Position numbers and translations under genes: made by a program
The notes under the pieces: generated by a model
Seen by the model: the letters and a program-made list of their open reading frames with translations, nothing else
What the model was told of the DNA's origin: nothing
The model's database searches: none
NCBI GenBank assembly: GCA_049599475.1
Contig: JBMYOQ010000002.1
Coordinates: 64,001-128,000 of the forward strand
Direction: 5' to 3'
Source of the DNA: Opitutales bacterium
Lineage (GTDB): Bacteria; Verrucomicrobiota; Verrucomicrobiia; Opitutales; JABSRG01
Length of the DNA: 64,000 bases
Part shown: piece after piece, positions 18,566-30,038 of the stretch
Position numbering within the stretch: position 1 is the first letter of the stretch
Layout of the letters: each line of letters opens with the position of its first letter

Positions 18566-20149
18566 TTATTCGAAAGTGGGTAATTTCCAGTTCTCCGGGT
18601 ATTTCTTGGTGTGCAAATTTTTCCAGGCATCCCAGTGGTCTTCGGGACGTTCGCTGCCTGCCGGTTTCCTTTGTTTGATTGGAAGCCTATCTTTGTGTTC
18701 GGCCAATGTGTGCCAGCGCGCGGCCATGGCCTTTACACGTTCAGGATGCACGTCCGAGAGGTTGTATTGCTCAAAGCGATCTTCGGCGATGTTGTATAGC
18801 TCCCATTTGTGCCCGTAGAAACTGACAATTTTCCAATCGCCCTGGCGTAGGGCTCTGCAGAGGCCAAACCGGAAGTAAAGCTCCTCGTGTGGCTCGCGTG
18901 TTTTTCCTCGGAAAAGAGGGATGAGTGACTTGCCTTGGAGTGGCTCAATGTCCGAAGAATTTGGATACTGCGCCCCTGATATTTTGAGACAAGTTGCCAT
19001 CACGTCAATGACGTGTGCTTGGCTGCGCTCCCATGTCCCCGTGGCGGTGAGACCTTGAGGCCAGTGTGCGATGAAAGGGGTGGAAATACCTCCTTCGTGC
19101 TGAGTTTGCTTGTAGTGGAGCAGGGGCGTATTTCCAACCGTAGCCCAGCTGCTATCGTAGACATAGTAAGAATGCGCTTTCCATGGCTCTATATGAAGAT
19201 TCTTACTGCGGTCAAAGGGACATGCGCCGTTGTCAGACAAGATCATTACGAGGGTGTTCTCGTAGGCTCTTTGCTCTTTGAGGTAGTCAAGAAGGCGCCC
19301 GATTGCGGCGTCTGCGTGGTCGACCATTGCAGCGTAGATCGCCATGCGAAAGCTTTCGAACTCCTGTGCCTCGGCGCTCAATTCATCCCAGGCTTTCATA
19401 TGATTGGGGATACGGGGGAGATCCTGGGAGTCGTCGAAGAGTCCGAGTCTCTTTTGTTTCAAAAACCTCTGCTCTCTGATGGTTTCCCAGCCTATGTCGT
19501 ATTTATTCAAATACTTTTTGATCGACTCTTTGGGCGCTTGAAGTGGGTAGTGTGGGGCGTTGAATGCAAGATAATGGAAAAAGGGTTTTCCGCTATCGAG
19601 CGCTTCGCCGATGAATTTTTCTGACCACTCTACGTTAGCATCTGTTAGGTAAAAATCGTCGTCGAAATCGTTCCAGAATTCACCGTTTAAGCGGAAAGTT
19701 TTGTCTCCTTTGAAGAAATCGGTGGCGCCAGACAGATGGCCCCAGTAGCGCTCGAAACCGAAGTCGGTGGGTTCCTTGGATAAATGCCATTTTCCGGCCA
19801 TCGAAGTGAAATAGCCTGATTCGCCGAGGACTTGTGCGATGGTGGTGCCGCGGTGAAGTTTGCTATCGCCTGCTTGATTGGTATAGAGTCCGGTTAGCAG
19901 GCTCACGCGTGTGGCATGGCATTTGGATGTGTTGTAAAACTGTGAGAAGCGTAGTCCTTGCTCGGCGAGTTCATCGATACGGGGTGTTTCGATTTCACTT
20001 CCGTAGCAGCCTAGGTCTGCAAAGCCCAGGTCGTCCAACATGATGAGCAAGATGTTGGGGCGCTCTGCCTGGGCATTCTGAGCCTGCACCAGGAACAGGC
20101 ACAGGCTCAGGAGAAGACTGCTAATTACCTTAAGATGTGAGCGAGGCAT
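18566..20149 (-). CDS. Secreted arylsulfatase-type S1 sulfatase
   Basis: RPNILLIMLDD, CHATRVSLLTG, GKWHL, APHYPLQAP, SDNG. Confidence 0.95.
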   Translation of the reverse strand: MPRSHLKVISSLLLSLCLFLVQAQNAQAERPNILLIMLDDLGFADLGCYGSEIETPRIDELAEQGLRFSQFYNTSKCHATRVSLLTGLYTNQAGDSKLHRGTTIAQVLGESGYFTSMAGKWHLSKEPTDFGFERYWGHLSGATDFFKGDKTFRLNGEFWNDFDDDFYLTDANVEWSEKFIGEALDSGKPFFHYLAFNAPHYPLQAPKESIKKYLNKYDIGWETIREQRFLKQKRLGLFDDSQDLPRIPNHMKAWDELSAEAQEFESFRMAIYAAMVDHADAAIGRLLDYLKEQRAYENTLVMILSDNGACPFDRSKNLHIEPWKAHSYYVYDSSWATVGNTPLLHYKQTQHEGGISTPFIAHWPQGLTATGTWERSQAHVIDVMATCLKISGAQYPNSSDIEPLQGKSLIPLFRGKTREPHEELYFRFGLCRALRQGDWKIVSFYGHKWELYNIAEDRFEQYNLSDVHPERVKAMAARWHTLAEHKDRLPIKQRKPAGSERPEDHWDAWKNLHTKKYPENWKLPTFE

Positions 20150-20167
20150 TCAGTTCTCTAGGAAGAT

Positions 20168-21994
20168 TTAATATTTGGTAGCCAGATAGCCTAAAAAGCG
20201 CGCGATGTAGCCGCGCGGCTCTTTCGTGAAGGTGAGGCTGTTTACACGTTCGACGAGTTCCTTTCCATTATCGCCCATCCAGTCGATGATATTAAGGGCG
20301 GTTAGGGTGGCGTAGGAGTTTTGCTCGATCAGAGAGATCAGTGTGTCGGCTCCCGCTTCGGTGTCTCCGGTCTTGTATGCAAGCCATGCTGCCATCGCGC
20401 GCACTTCGTCTGAACTGTCCTTCATGGCGGTTGCGGCAACATCGGAATGGTTTAGTAGGAAACATCCGACAATTGCCCAGTACCGCTGGCCTACGTCTGG
20501 GCTGGCCAATAGGGATTCTAGCGCCGGGATATTTGCCGGATCTTCCGCGAGCGCGAGGTCAGCCGCGTCCAATAATGCGGGAAGGTTATAGAGGGATGGA
20601 GTGCGTGCGATTTCATAGGCGGTCAGGCCGGTTTCCTCGATGAGTTCAGCCATTTCCAACTCTGTAATCAGTCCCGTGTCGTTGTACTTAAGTTGTTGGC
20701 GACGGAGCTCTTTACGCAGCTTCTTCATAATCGATGCGTATTCAGGGTCGGCAGACAGGTTGTTTACATTGTCTGGATCTGTGCGCATATTGTAGAGCTC
20801 TTCGGTGACTGCGCGTGGCTTGAAGAATTTTGACTGTGCTTCATCGGTTTGCCCTTCCTTGTAGGCTTTTTCCCATGCCTGGCTGGCTGCCATGCGCCAA
20901 AGATAGTCTAGACGCTGCATCCAAGGAACGTATGGCATGTAGTTGCGGATGTATAGGAAGTCACCATCAGTAATCGCACGCGCATTGTCTAGGCGCTCAT
21001 CGGTGCGTCCCCGGAAGGCAAAGTGGTAATCACGCTTTGAGGTATCGTTTTTGCCAAGAAATACACGGCCTTGCATGGAATCTGGAATTTCAGATCCGGT
21101 GATGCTCAACCAGGTCTTAGGCATATCGACAAAGCTTACGATATCATCGATTTTGCTCCCTGGAGCTTCGGCGGGATAGAGATGTTTGAACTTCTCGGGG
21201 ATACGCACTATGAGGGGGCAGTGTATCCCTGATTGGAAGATGAAGCGTTTGCTACGAGGCAGAACACCGCCGTGGTCGGATACGTAGATGACAATTGTAT
21301 TCTCCGCCAAACCGAGTGACTCAAGCTTCGCAAGGGCTTCCCCGATCTTGGTGTCCATGCGTTTCACCGCATCATGGTATAAGGCATAATTTTTACGCAT
21401 GTCCGGCACATCTGGGTGGTAGGCGCGGAGCTGAGTATTCGCGGGATCGTGCAGAGTGCCCTCTATAGACTTAAAGGCGCGACTCTCGTGTGAATCTTTG
21501 TGGTTCAATACTTGGAAAAAAGGCTGTTTCTCAACGAGCTTATCCCATTCGATTTTACCATGATGGTCCCAGGGATCACTATCCTTACGGCCGCCTATGT
21601 TGAAATCGGTCTTTTCGTCATTAGCGACGTAGTATCCGTTTTTGCGGAGCTGATCGGGATAATAAGGAATTTTGTCATGTGGGATCTCATACCGGCTACG
21701 CATTGGGTAAGTGCCATTGGCAATTGAAAGCATCCCGGTGATCCATGTGCTGCGCGATGGGGCGCACACTGGCGCATTGGCGAAGCAGTTCATGTACTGG
21801 AAACCATCCTTTGCCATTTGATCGATATTGGGAGTATCGGCATGTGGGTTTCCGTAGGCGCCTACCCAATTAATGTTATTATCCTCACTGGTCAGCCAAA
21901 GGATGTTTGGGCGATCTTCGCCGAAAAGGCTAGCTGCGGTAAATAAGAGAAGGAAGATGGGGGATTTTTTCATTAAAATATGTTTAAAATTCAC
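20168..21994 (-). CDS. Secreted S1 sulfatase with a C-terminal HEAT-like helical extension
   Basis: RPNILWLTSED, CAPSRSTWITG, SDHGG; tail DVGQRYWA...DEVRAMAA. Confidence 0.93.
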   Translation of the reverse strand: MNFKHILMKKSPIFLLLFTAASLFGEDRPNILWLTSEDNNINWVGAYGNPHADTPNIDQMAKDGFQYMNCFANAPVCAPSRSTWITGMLSIANGTYPMRSRYEIPHDKIPYYPDQLRKNGYYVANDEKTDFNIGGRKDSDPWDHHGKIEWDKLVEKQPFFQVLNHKDSHESRAFKSIEGTLHDPANTQLRAYHPDVPDMRKNYALYHDAVKRMDTKIGEALAKLESLGLAENTIVIYVSDHGGVLPRSKRFIFQSGIHCPLIVRIPEKFKHLYPAEAPGSKIDDIVSFVDMPKTWLSITGSEIPDSMQGRVFLGKNDTSKRDYHFAFRGRTDERLDNARAITDGDFLYIRNYMPYVPWMQRLDYLWRMAASQAWEKAYKEGQTDEAQSKFFKPRAVTEELYNMRTDPDNVNNLSADPEYASIMKKLRKELRRQQLKYNDTGLITELEMAELIEETGLTAYEIARTPSLYNLPALLDAADLALAEDPANIPALESLLASPDVGQRYWAIVGCFLLNHSDVAATAMKDSSDEVRAMAAWLAYKTGDTEAGADTLISLIEQNSYATLTALNIIDWMGDNGKELVERVNSLTFTKEPRGYIARFLGYLATKY

Positions 21995-22136
21995 TATTTA
22001 AACAAAATATTTAATTTTGTCTCGAATGGAAGTCTTTTGAAAGATCGGGGTCTGCTCTTCGTGAACACCGGAGCCTCCGCTAAAGTAGCAATTTTAGCGA
22101 ATTTTCTTTCTCTAAGAGTACCGTTCTCTGGTCGCT

Positions 22137-24791
22137 TTAGTTCGAGTCGGAGGGCTTGTTTGAAAGCCGAAAGAATTTTTTCCCTAAACTGGCAGTCTCC
22201 ATTTCTGGGGAAAATTCTATATAAAGCCCCGATGCTATGGCTGAGTCTTTGTCTTCCCAGTTTTTGAGATTCTGGCTCTGCTGTAAAAAGTAAGTCTGGC
22301 CGAATAGGCTGGGACTTTTGATTCTGAGTTCGTTGAGGCCCGTGTCTAAGTTCTGAACGATTTTAGATTCGGAGATTTTGAGAGGCACTTGTTGGATAGT
22401 GATTTGTATGGAACCGATTCCTGTAGGCTTGATCCCGATACCGTTGCTATCGGTGTCGTCAGCAATTCTCAGAAGAATACCATAGTTGCTATTCGGATCC
22501 TCATACCAAGATCGGACTGTTTGTGTGATATCAAATTGATACGTTTTTTCCAAATTTCCATCTAAGTCTGTATGGATCTCACCTCCATCAATGACGTCTC
22601 CTCGGGTCGTGATTCCGTAGGGAGGCGTGGGACTTCCGCTAGGGTTCCATGCTTCGTTGAGGGCGAGTGCTTCTATACTTGCCGCTTGGCTTCCGTTTAC
22701 TGAATACGCTTGGAAACTCATGTGCGCGCTTGAGATCGGGCCATCGAGTTTCTGGGGTAAGTTGAAATTTACCAGTGCGCGGACGCGTTGGCTGGTGTTG
22801 CTATGCCCGCGGGCATAGAGGGTCGTTGTATATGGAGAGCCCGAGAATGTGCTGAGGTTGTTTCCATCCGTGGCAGGGCTGGTGTTGGTGCTGTCTACGG
22901 TTGTCCACGATGAGGCGGGAACGCTGTCTATGGATAGCGAATAGGGGAGCACGAAATCTTGAGCTGAAACGCTGTTTGAGGCCGTGCTAGGTTCTCCGGA
23001 TAGACCGATCGCAGAGCCCGCAGGTAGAGACATGCTAATCGTGTCAGCGGTCGGCACGATATACACGGTGTAGCTGCTTCCGGTGCCGCTCACATTTTCT
23101 GCGACGCCCCCAGTCACAGCGAAGTCAGAGGGAGACAGCCCGGTAACAGGTTTGCTGAAATTTACGGTGAAAGGCACTGGGGCCGTTGCGCCGTGGGCGG
23201 GAGCCGTGATGGTGGCAGATGGGCGGCTCGGGTGAATATAGAGTGTATCGTCGGGAATGGTTGCGTGCCAGGCATTCAGCTCTGATAGCATGTTATTGAA
23301 GACGTCTTGAATATCTTGGGGCCTGGATGCTAGGTCGGTGTCTGTTGCGAGCGGAGTGAGCTCAGTTTCTTCAGGACTGAGAGTCATGTCATAAAGTTGA
23401 AATTCTCCTCCTCCATTGCTGATCATTTTGTATTCCTCGGTCATCCAAGCTAGATCGGCACGAGATGCTTTATTGTGGCGAAATCCGACGGGTGTGCTGC
23501 GGGCGTTGGCTCGATCCTCAATCACTGGGCGAAGAGAAATGCCGTCCAATGCTTTGAGTCCGTCGTAGTTGATATCTAGATAATCCAGGATTGTGGGGAG
23601 GTAATCGCTGGTGACGGCGACAAAATCAGTGCGGCGTGCGTTGGGTATTGCTGCGGGCCATTCGAGCAGTCCAGGAACACGGATGCCGCCTTCCCAGAAA
23701 GTCTGTTTCCGTTGATAATAACCACCGGCTCGGATCGCTCTATTATTGTTTTGTTCGTTGGGCGAGTCGTAGCCTTTCTCGGGGCCATTATCGCTGGTAA
23801 ACCATAACATCGTATTGTCCTGCACACCGAGAGTTTGTAGGGAATTTCGTAGATTCCCCAGGGCTGTATCCATATCTTCTAGTGTGCGTTTTACGGTATC
23901 GGGATGGTTCTTACATTCGATCTCGAGGGGGTCGACCAAGGGCGAGTGGGGGGTGTTATACCACAGCACTACAAAAAAGGGTTTTTCGGCATCGACTGCG
24001 TCTTCGATGAAGGCGATTGCTTGGTCGGTAAGGAGTTTCGATGTGTCCCCGTCGGAGAGATTGTTTACTTCTTCGAGTGTCGCAGGCGTACCTTCTTGTG
24101 CTGTCTCCCAGACACCTTCCGGCATCTTCCAGTAATACGTGCCGTAGAAACTGGGATCGCTAATATGGTAGCTCAGTAATTTATTATTCACTACAACGTC
24201 TGTCTCAAATTGAGTGGGGAGTGGGTCGCCGTTTACCGGCATTCTGTAAGGGTGATAAGTCGGTAGGCTACCGATGCTCGCAAAGCAGGCGTCGTATCCG
24301 TGTTGCCATGGGGCCGAAAATTCAGACGGAGGTTTTCCACTGTTTGTGCCATCTTCTCGGATTTGAGACATTTTTCCGAGGTGCCATTTCCCGAAGTGCC
24401 CGGTGGTATATCCATGTTCGCTTAGGATCTCTGAGAGCGGTGTCTCATCGATGCCTAATTTACCCTTGCCGGCTCCAGTGACACCGACTCGGAATGGGTT
24501 GCGCCCGGTCAAACAGCTCGCTCGGGTGGGCGAGCAGACGCCAGAGGCTGAATAGAAACGATCGAAACGGAGACCATTGGCTGCCATGGCATCCGAATTC
24601 GGCGTAGAGATCCATCCGCGATCTGGGTGTGGCGAACCGTTGGGAAGATTTACATCTTGGCTGACATAGGATGGGTCTCCGTAACCCATATCGTCTGCCA
24701 TCACGAGGATGATATTCGGGCGCGTGGACGAAGCCTGCGCGTACAAGGAAAGGCAGCAGGCAAACACGGATAGTGTTCTGAACAAGGTCAT
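22137..24791 (-). CDS. Multimodular S1 sulfatase with Ig-like domain, DNRLRE/CBM-like domain and shared C-terminal domain
   Basis: CSPTRASCLTGR; FSKPVTGLSPSDF Ig module; RALVNF...FDITQTVRSW...NYGILL; ends YFLQQSQNLKNW...FFRL. Confidence 0.9.
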   Translation of the reverse strand: MTLFRTLSVFACCLSLYAQASSTRPNIILVMADDMGYGDPSYVSQDVNLPNGSPHPDRGWISTPNSDAMAANGLRFDRFYSASGVCSPTRASCLTGRNPFRVGVTGAGKGKLGIDETPLSEILSEHGYTTGHFGKWHLGKMSQIREDGTNSGKPPSEFSAPWQHGYDACFASIGSLPTYHPYRMPVNGDPLPTQFETDVVVNNKLLSYHISDPSFYGTYYWKMPEGVWETAQEGTPATLEEVNNLSDGDTSKLLTDQAIAFIEDAVDAEKPFFVVLWYNTPHSPLVDPLEIECKNHPDTVKRTLEDMDTALGNLRNSLQTLGVQDNTMLWFTSDNGPEKGYDSPNEQNNNRAIRAGGYYQRKQTFWEGGIRVPGLLEWPAAIPNARRTDFVAVTSDYLPTILDYLDINYDGLKALDGISLRPVIEDRANARSTPVGFRHNKASRADLAWMTEEYKMISNGGGEFQLYDMTLSPEETELTPLATDTDLASRPQDIQDVFNNMLSELNAWHATIPDDTLYIHPSRPSATITAPAHGATAPVPFTVNFSKPVTGLSPSDFAVTGGVAENVSGTGSSYTVYIVPTADTISMSLPAGSAIGLSGEPSTASNSVSAQDFVLPYSLSIDSVPASSWTTVDSTNTSPATDGNNLSTFSGSPYTTTLYARGHSNTSQRVRALVNFNLPQKLDGPISSAHMSFQAYSVNGSQAASIEALALNEAWNPSGSPTPPYGITTRGDVIDGGEIHTDLDGNLEKTYQFDITQTVRSWYEDPNSNYGILLRIADDTDSNGIGIKPTGIGSIQITIQQVPLKISESKIVQNLDTGLNELRIKSPSLFGQTYFLQQSQNLKNWEDKDSAIASGLYIEFSPEMETASLGKKFFRLSNKPSDSN

Positions 24792-24981
24792 AGATGGGGG
24801 GATTGAAGTCGAGCGCTTAGGTAAGCAACTTAGCTAGCGTAGACCCTATCATTAGGGCGCATTTATGAAAACTCTATCAACTGTTGAATCATGGCTGCTT
24901 TCTGATGAAAACGTGTATGTGTGTCGTGGGTCCTATGGGTGTAAGGAGTGTTCGGTCCTTGATTATAATAATCCCTCTTAC

Positions 24982-25009
24982 TTGACAAAATTTAGTAAAT
25001 AAATTTAAT
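24982..25009 (+). promoter_or_regulatory. Candidate sigma70 promoter of G8 paralog 1
   Basis: TTGACA at 24982, 16-nt spacer, TTTAAT at 25004. Confidence 0.45.
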
Positions 25010-25054
25010 TGCGAACTGCCTCCCCCGCTTCAGCTAAAACTACCTCTTTACCCC

Positions 25055-28000
25055 ATGGCGCAGGAAGCAGCTCTCTTTTCTCATAAGGCCCGTCGGAGGT
25101 TAATCTCCGAAAGTTTGTATTGCATACTCTATTTATTTTTCATGAACCATTCTGCCATCGCGCAGCATGATTCTCACGATTTGATTTGCACGTGTTCTGG
25201 TTCTGAGCACACCGACGATCCTCCTACAGCACATAGCACGCTTTCGGATTTGGTAAGCTGCGACATCGCAACCAATCGCTCTATTCAATCGGGCGATTGG
25301 TCAGTAGCGGAAACCTGGAGTAATGGGGTCCCTGTGGATGGGGATCGGGTTGTCATTGAAGCGGAACACACCGTTACACTTCGATCAGAGCTGACGACTC
25401 GCATAAACACCGTCCGTGTGGATGGCATGCTCGAATTTGCGACGGACACGAACACGCTGTTGACGGTCGACACTATTGTCGTAGATACCTGCGGAACGCT
25501 TACGATGGGCACCGAAGCGAATCCGGTATCGAAGGACTATGCGGCACGTATCATTATAGAGGATTACGCGGGATCGGGGATAAATCCGTATTTAAACGAG
25601 GATGGTACTGAGCCTGAGGACTATGATCCCTTTCAAATTGGACTCGGCCTGATTGCGATGGGGCGTGTCGAGATGCGAGGAAATTTTAAGGAGCCTGGAG
25701 GCACGATAAGCGTTGAGCCCTCAAAATTGGACGAGCACATTGATCTAGATTTTAAGGCGCGTGGCTGGGAAGTTGGAGATTTGATAGCGATTGCGGGCAC
25801 GAGTCGAGATGCCTTGGGAGATGAACTGAGAACCATCACTGCAATCAAAAACAGCAAACGCCGTATTGTGCTGGATCGACCTTTGGAGCTGGATCACCAT
25901 ACACCGAATCATGCCAAAGATGCTATTTCTGCTCGTGGAAAAGAATTAAAAGTCCATGTCATTAATTTGACGCGTAATGTTTCCATCGAGACAAAGGAAG
26001 AGTATCGGAGTGCGTATCCCGGAACGCGGGTAAACGGTGTTTTGCAGTTCAATCGCAGGGGGCACATCATGTTCATGCATGGTCAGGACGTGTCCTTGAA
26101 ATATGCCGGTTTTTATGGCCTCGGCCGGAACAATAAAGCCTTTGATGGCGAAGATACTAAGGTGCTGGAGGATGGCACTCTACAGGTCGGTGGTAATCCG
26201 ATTGGGCGATATGCGGTCCACTTTCACCAAGCGGGCAGCATGGGTGAAGCGGCCCGAGTCGAGTCGTGCGCACTGATAGGTAGTCCTAGCTGGGGCTATG
26301 TAAATCATAGCAGCCATGTCGATTTCTATCGCAATGTAGCTTATGATGCGAAGGCTGCGAGTTTTGTGACTGAGGCAGGGGATGAAATCGGCTCGTTTAT
26401 AGAAAACATTTCGATTCGCAATGATATCGATGAGCAATACAGTTCGTCCGGCGATTTACGCTTTCAGAAACGTAAAGGGAAGCAGGAATTTGCTTTCGGG
26501 GGACACGGCTTCTGGCTTCAAGGAGTAAATGTCGTATTTCAGCGTAACGTAGCTTCTGGCGCTGGGCGAGAAGCCATGACGATTTATCCATTACCTTTGG
26601 ATAACCGTGTATTGGACCGTATGCCTTTGACCCTCCTTCCCGAACCCGAACGATTCGGTGATACAGACGATATTGGAATGGGACGGGTGTCTGCCCATAC
26701 CTTTGAAGACAATGTAGCCTATGGGTCTAATATCGGTATTATGGTCGGCGAGCATCGGCCCTTTTTTCCCTCTGAAGTGAAACGCTTTTTAGGTTGGTCG
26801 ATCAAGATGGGGCTGAGCTCAAACTATTCATCAAACATCAGCTACCAGGACATTACACTTATTGGTGATTTGGATAAGCCCATGGGAGTCGCAGCCTTTG
26901 CTCACCACGGGACATCCAATGTAGAATTCATCAATCCTTACGTCGAAGGGTTTGCCATAGGAATACAAGTTCCCCGTGCTGGTAATGATCAAGAGACCGG
27001 TGGTAAAATTATGCCGGGAGTACCTTTCAATTATGGTTTAGTAGAGGATGGATATTTTAATAATATTATCAATCTACACTTCCCTTTCGTGAGGCACCAC
27101 ACTTCGCTATTGGTGGATATCGTTCAGCCTACTTTTGGAGTGATCGATGATGTCTCACTCGTAGAGGATGATTCCTACCCCGATTCAGATGGAGCTCTAT
27201 TAACGCCGCTGGATATTGGCTTAAGGAATCTCGGTCGAGTCGATAACGACGGCGACTTCAATATAGATTCTAGCAGCAAGACGAGCAATGGTTTTGGATT
27301 TTTTGAGCAGGGAGTGGCGAGTGGCGAAGTGGATCGCACTTACAATTATTTTTTCCATTACGCGGCGGGACCAGAAATTTCAGGTGAAGCGTCGAAGCAT
27401 AAGCGCAATTTTGTGCATCCTACGATCTTTATGCTAGATCTGGGAGAGGCGGGTGAATATCAACTGTTCTTCGAGGATATTCAGTCCCAAGATCATGTGC
27501 CGTATCCGGCTGCCTTGTATGAGGGGAGGACGTTCGATAATGGCACGCCTCCAGTGGAGTTCTACGATAAGACCAATGCAGAGCTAGCACTTATGTATCA
27601 ACTTGCTCAGCCGGACGACCCAGACGGACTCTTGGCGGATTTTAAGGAGTTCTTCTCGCCCTCGCACTATTGGAAATTCTCCAATTTGGCCTTTGCCCAG
27701 GCGGGCTCAATGCTGCCTCGAGATTATCTAAATTCGGATCGCTTCACTGTCATGGAGGATGCTTACAAAATGGTGGCTATGAGAATCGACGACCTTCCAG
27801 AGTATCGGAACTATCTGTCTAAACCGGAAGCTACTTTGATGGATTTTAATTTCGATTTGGAGTTTGATCCGTTGCGACCTCGCTTAGATAAACCGGCGGC
27901 ACGTTGGCTCTGGGGCGTTGAGGGCGATCTGATTGCTGATGGTAGTGGAAACAATCGACTCTACTTGAACGGTCAAGGTCAAGGGATCGACTATGAGCAA

Positions 28001-29851
28001 CCATTTCATTTGGCCTTTAAGACCTACACATTGCTCGTCGACGTATGCCCCCTCGAGGTAGCTCAAGGTGTCTTTTATGAATGGGCAAATGATGAGTCCG
28101 CATTTCAATTGTCCCTACAAAACGGGGCCCTACGTGCGACCCTTAAAAATGCCTCGGGTTCAATTGTTGAAATCAATGGAGGGCAGCTCAATCCTGGTTT
28201 CTGGCACCAAGTGGCTCTAGCCTACAATCTGTCGCTGGGTAAAGTATTCCTGTATCTCGACGGGGAGCTGCTGGGGCATGCTGACTTAGACTATATTACC
28301 AGCTTGGATCTTGGTGATGTGCGCGTTGGCCGCGGTATGGGGCATTTTGTAGAGGTCTCGCCGTATCGAGGATTTATTGACAATATTCGCTTCCTTGAGA
28401 AAACCTTCACGGTGCCAGACATGGCCGATTATTACGTGCGAACGGCTCCATCTAGCGTCGATGAAACTCTCTCAGAACCCACGCAGATGAGCCCATTGCA
28501 GGATTCTGACTCGGATTGGGTGCCTGATATCTACGATGCGTTTCCCGATGATGCTACAGAGTGGGCGGATACTGATACAGATGGAGAGGGTGACAATACA
28601 GACCCTGATATCGACAACGATACATACGTGAATGCTGTGGATGGTCTTCCCTATGACGATTCGGATCACATCGACTCAGATGGCGATGGTTTTGGGGACC
28701 TTGTGGATGTCTTTATTAACGATCCATTTGAGTGGGCTGATCTGGATGGCGATGGCTACGGAGATAATATTGATAAACTCGATCGTAGTATCGCTGAGTA
28801 CCAGGATAGTGATGACGATGGATGGGGGGATAAGCTCGATAAATATCCGCTATCTCCGTATCTTTCACAGGAGCCCAATTTATTGGAGAATTTTGGTGCC
28901 GAGGATGATTTGCTCAATTGGACGGCGGATGTAGGTAACACAACAGTTTCCAGTGAGGTCGCCGCATACTCCGGAGATCGTGGATTCTATATCGAAAAAT
29001 CTCCGAGCTACGGGACCGCAGTCCTTACTTCCAATAGCTTTCCGATTATCTTCGATGAACCTATTTATGCAGTGAATATCAGCGCTTGGGTTCGTGTGAA
29101 ATACGACGATATCAAAGACGGTAAGGTTCAATTTATTGCGGACATTGAGGGTGTTAAGCATGTGAATCGCGGAATTCCCCAAAATATACCGCGTGAGTGG
29201 ACTTATTATAGCTTTGATTTTGTGGCAAAAGATGGAGGCATAGAAGCGATTCATTCATTCAAGATTGAAGTGCAGGAAAGCAGTTTACCTGTCTATTTCG
29301 ACGATATTCACATCGCTGTAGCGCGAGCCACACCAAATGCGGATGGCGACGATATTCCGGATTTAATTGACCGTGATGATGATAATGATGGCTATCTGGA
29401 TGGTGAAGATGCTTTCGTGACGAACTCCGCAGAGTGGTTGGATAGTGACGGGGATGGTGAGGGTAATAATGGCGATCCGGACGATGATAATGATGGCCTT
29501 AAAGACCTAGCAGAACTCGAAGTAGGGCTGGATCCGCTCGACGCTCTAGACGCCTACCGGGACTTTGATGGAGACGGCCAGATAAACCGAATCGAAGTGC
29601 TCGCGGGCACTGATATCCGTGACTTTGCTTCGAAGTTTAGAGTTACCGAAGTGCGGAGTCGCCTAGATGGCTCTGTGGATATTCGGTGGGCTGGCGGATC
29701 CGAAAAGAGCTTTTACCTGGAATATTCTGATGATATGGCGGCTTGGAGTGTGCTGCCGGGTGCTTCGGACTTATCGGTCCTTGATGGATTTATCGATACA
29801 CCGCCGCTGAATGTGGAGAGTCGCTTCTATCGGGTGGGTGTCAATGAGTAG
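25055..29851 (+). CDS. Large secreted G8-domain / parallel beta-helix protein with LamG, TSP3-like Ca-binding repeats, CBM-like and shared C-terminal domains (paralog 1)
   Basis: SGDWS..TW G8 start, GRYAVHFH, WHQVAL...GFIDNIRF LamG, DxDGDG repeats, NLLENFGAE...YFDDI CBM-like module; start could be 25142. Confidence 0.85.
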   Translation: MAQEAALFSHKARRRLISESLYCILYLFFMNHSAIAQHDSHDLICTCSGSEHTDDPPTAHSTLSDLVSCDIATNRSIQSGDWSVAETWSNGVPVDGDRVVIEAEHTVTLRSELTTRINTVRVDGMLEFATDTNTLLTVDTIVVDTCGTLTMGTEANPVSKDYAARIIIEDYAGSGINPYLNEDGTEPEDYDPFQIGLGLIAMGRVEMRGNFKEPGGTISVEPSKLDEHIDLDFKARGWEVGDLIAIAGTSRDALGDELRTITAIKNSKRRIVLDRPLELDHHTPNHAKDAISARGKELKVHVINLTRNVSIETKEEYRSAYPGTRVNGVLQFNRRGHIMFMHGQDVSLKYAGFYGLGRNNKAFDGEDTKVLEDGTLQVGGNPIGRYAVHFHQAGSMGEAARVESCALIGSPSWGYVNHSSHVDFYRNVAYDAKAASFVTEAGDEIGSFIENISIRNDIDEQYSSSGDLRFQKRKGKQEFAFGGHGFWLQGVNVVFQRNVASGAGREAMTIYPLPLDNRVLDRMPLTLLPEPERFGDTDDIGMGRVSAHTFEDNVAYGSNIGIMVGEHRPFFPSEVKRFLGWSIKMGLSSNYSSNISYQDITLIGDLDKPMGVAAFAHHGTSNVEFINPYVEGFAIGIQVPRAGNDQETGGKIMPGVPFNYGLVEDGYFNNIINLHFPFVRHHTSLLVDIVQPTFGVIDDVSLVEDDSYPDSDGALLTPLDIGLRNLGRVDNDGDFNIDSSSKTSNGFGFFEQGVASGEVDRTYNYFFHYAAGPEISGEASKHKRNFVHPTIFMLDLGEAGEYQLFFEDIQSQDHVPYPAALYEGRTFDNGTPPVEFYDKTNAELALMYQLAQPDDPDGLLADFKEFFSPSHYWKFSNLAFAQAGSMLPRDYLNSDRFTVMEDAYKMVAMRIDDLPEYRNYLSKPEATLMDFNFDLEFDPLRPRLDKPAARWLWGVEGDLIADGSGNNRLYLNGQGQGIDYEQPFHLAFKTYTLLVDVCPLEVAQGVFYEWANDESAFQLSLQNGALRATLKNASGSIVEINGGQLNPGFWHQVALAYNLSLGKVFLYLDGELLGHADLDYITSLDLGDVRVGRGMGHFVEVSPYRGFIDNIRFLEKTFTVPDMADYYVRTAPSSVDETLSEPTQMSPLQDSDSDWVPDIYDAFPDDATEWADTDTDGEGDNTDPDIDNDTYVNAVDGLPYDDSDHIDSDGDGFGDLVDVFINDPFEWADLDGDGYGDNIDKLDRSIAEYQDSDDDGWGDKLDKYPLSPYLSQEPNLLENFGAEDDLLNWTADVGNTTVSSEVAAYSGDRGFYIEKSPSYGTAVLTSNSFPIIFDEPIYAVNISAWVRVKYDDIKDGKVQFIADIEGVKHVNRGIPQNIPREWTYYSFDFVAKDGGIEAIHSFKIEVQESSLPVYFDDIHIAVARATPNADGDDIPDLIDRDDDNDGYLDGEDAFVTNSAEWLDSDGDGEGNNGDPDDDNDGLKDLAELEVGLDPLDALDAYRDFDGDGQINRIEVLAGTDIRDFASKFRVTEVRSRLDGSVDIRWAGGSEKSFYLEYSDDMAAWSVLPGASDLSVLDGFIDTPPLNVESRFYRVGVNE

Positions 29852-30038
29852 TTTGTCATTAGGGTCGGCTCACAGTGGGTGCTCCAAACAAAAGATGGGC
29901 ACTTGTAGGTAAGTAGCTTTATACTTTCTCATTGGTTTTTGTATTGAATACACAAGTATAAGAATTCGGAAATTTCCGTACTAAATCTAATTTTTAAGTC
30001 CGTAACCCCCCAACTAGAATCCGCACAGTTCGGACTTT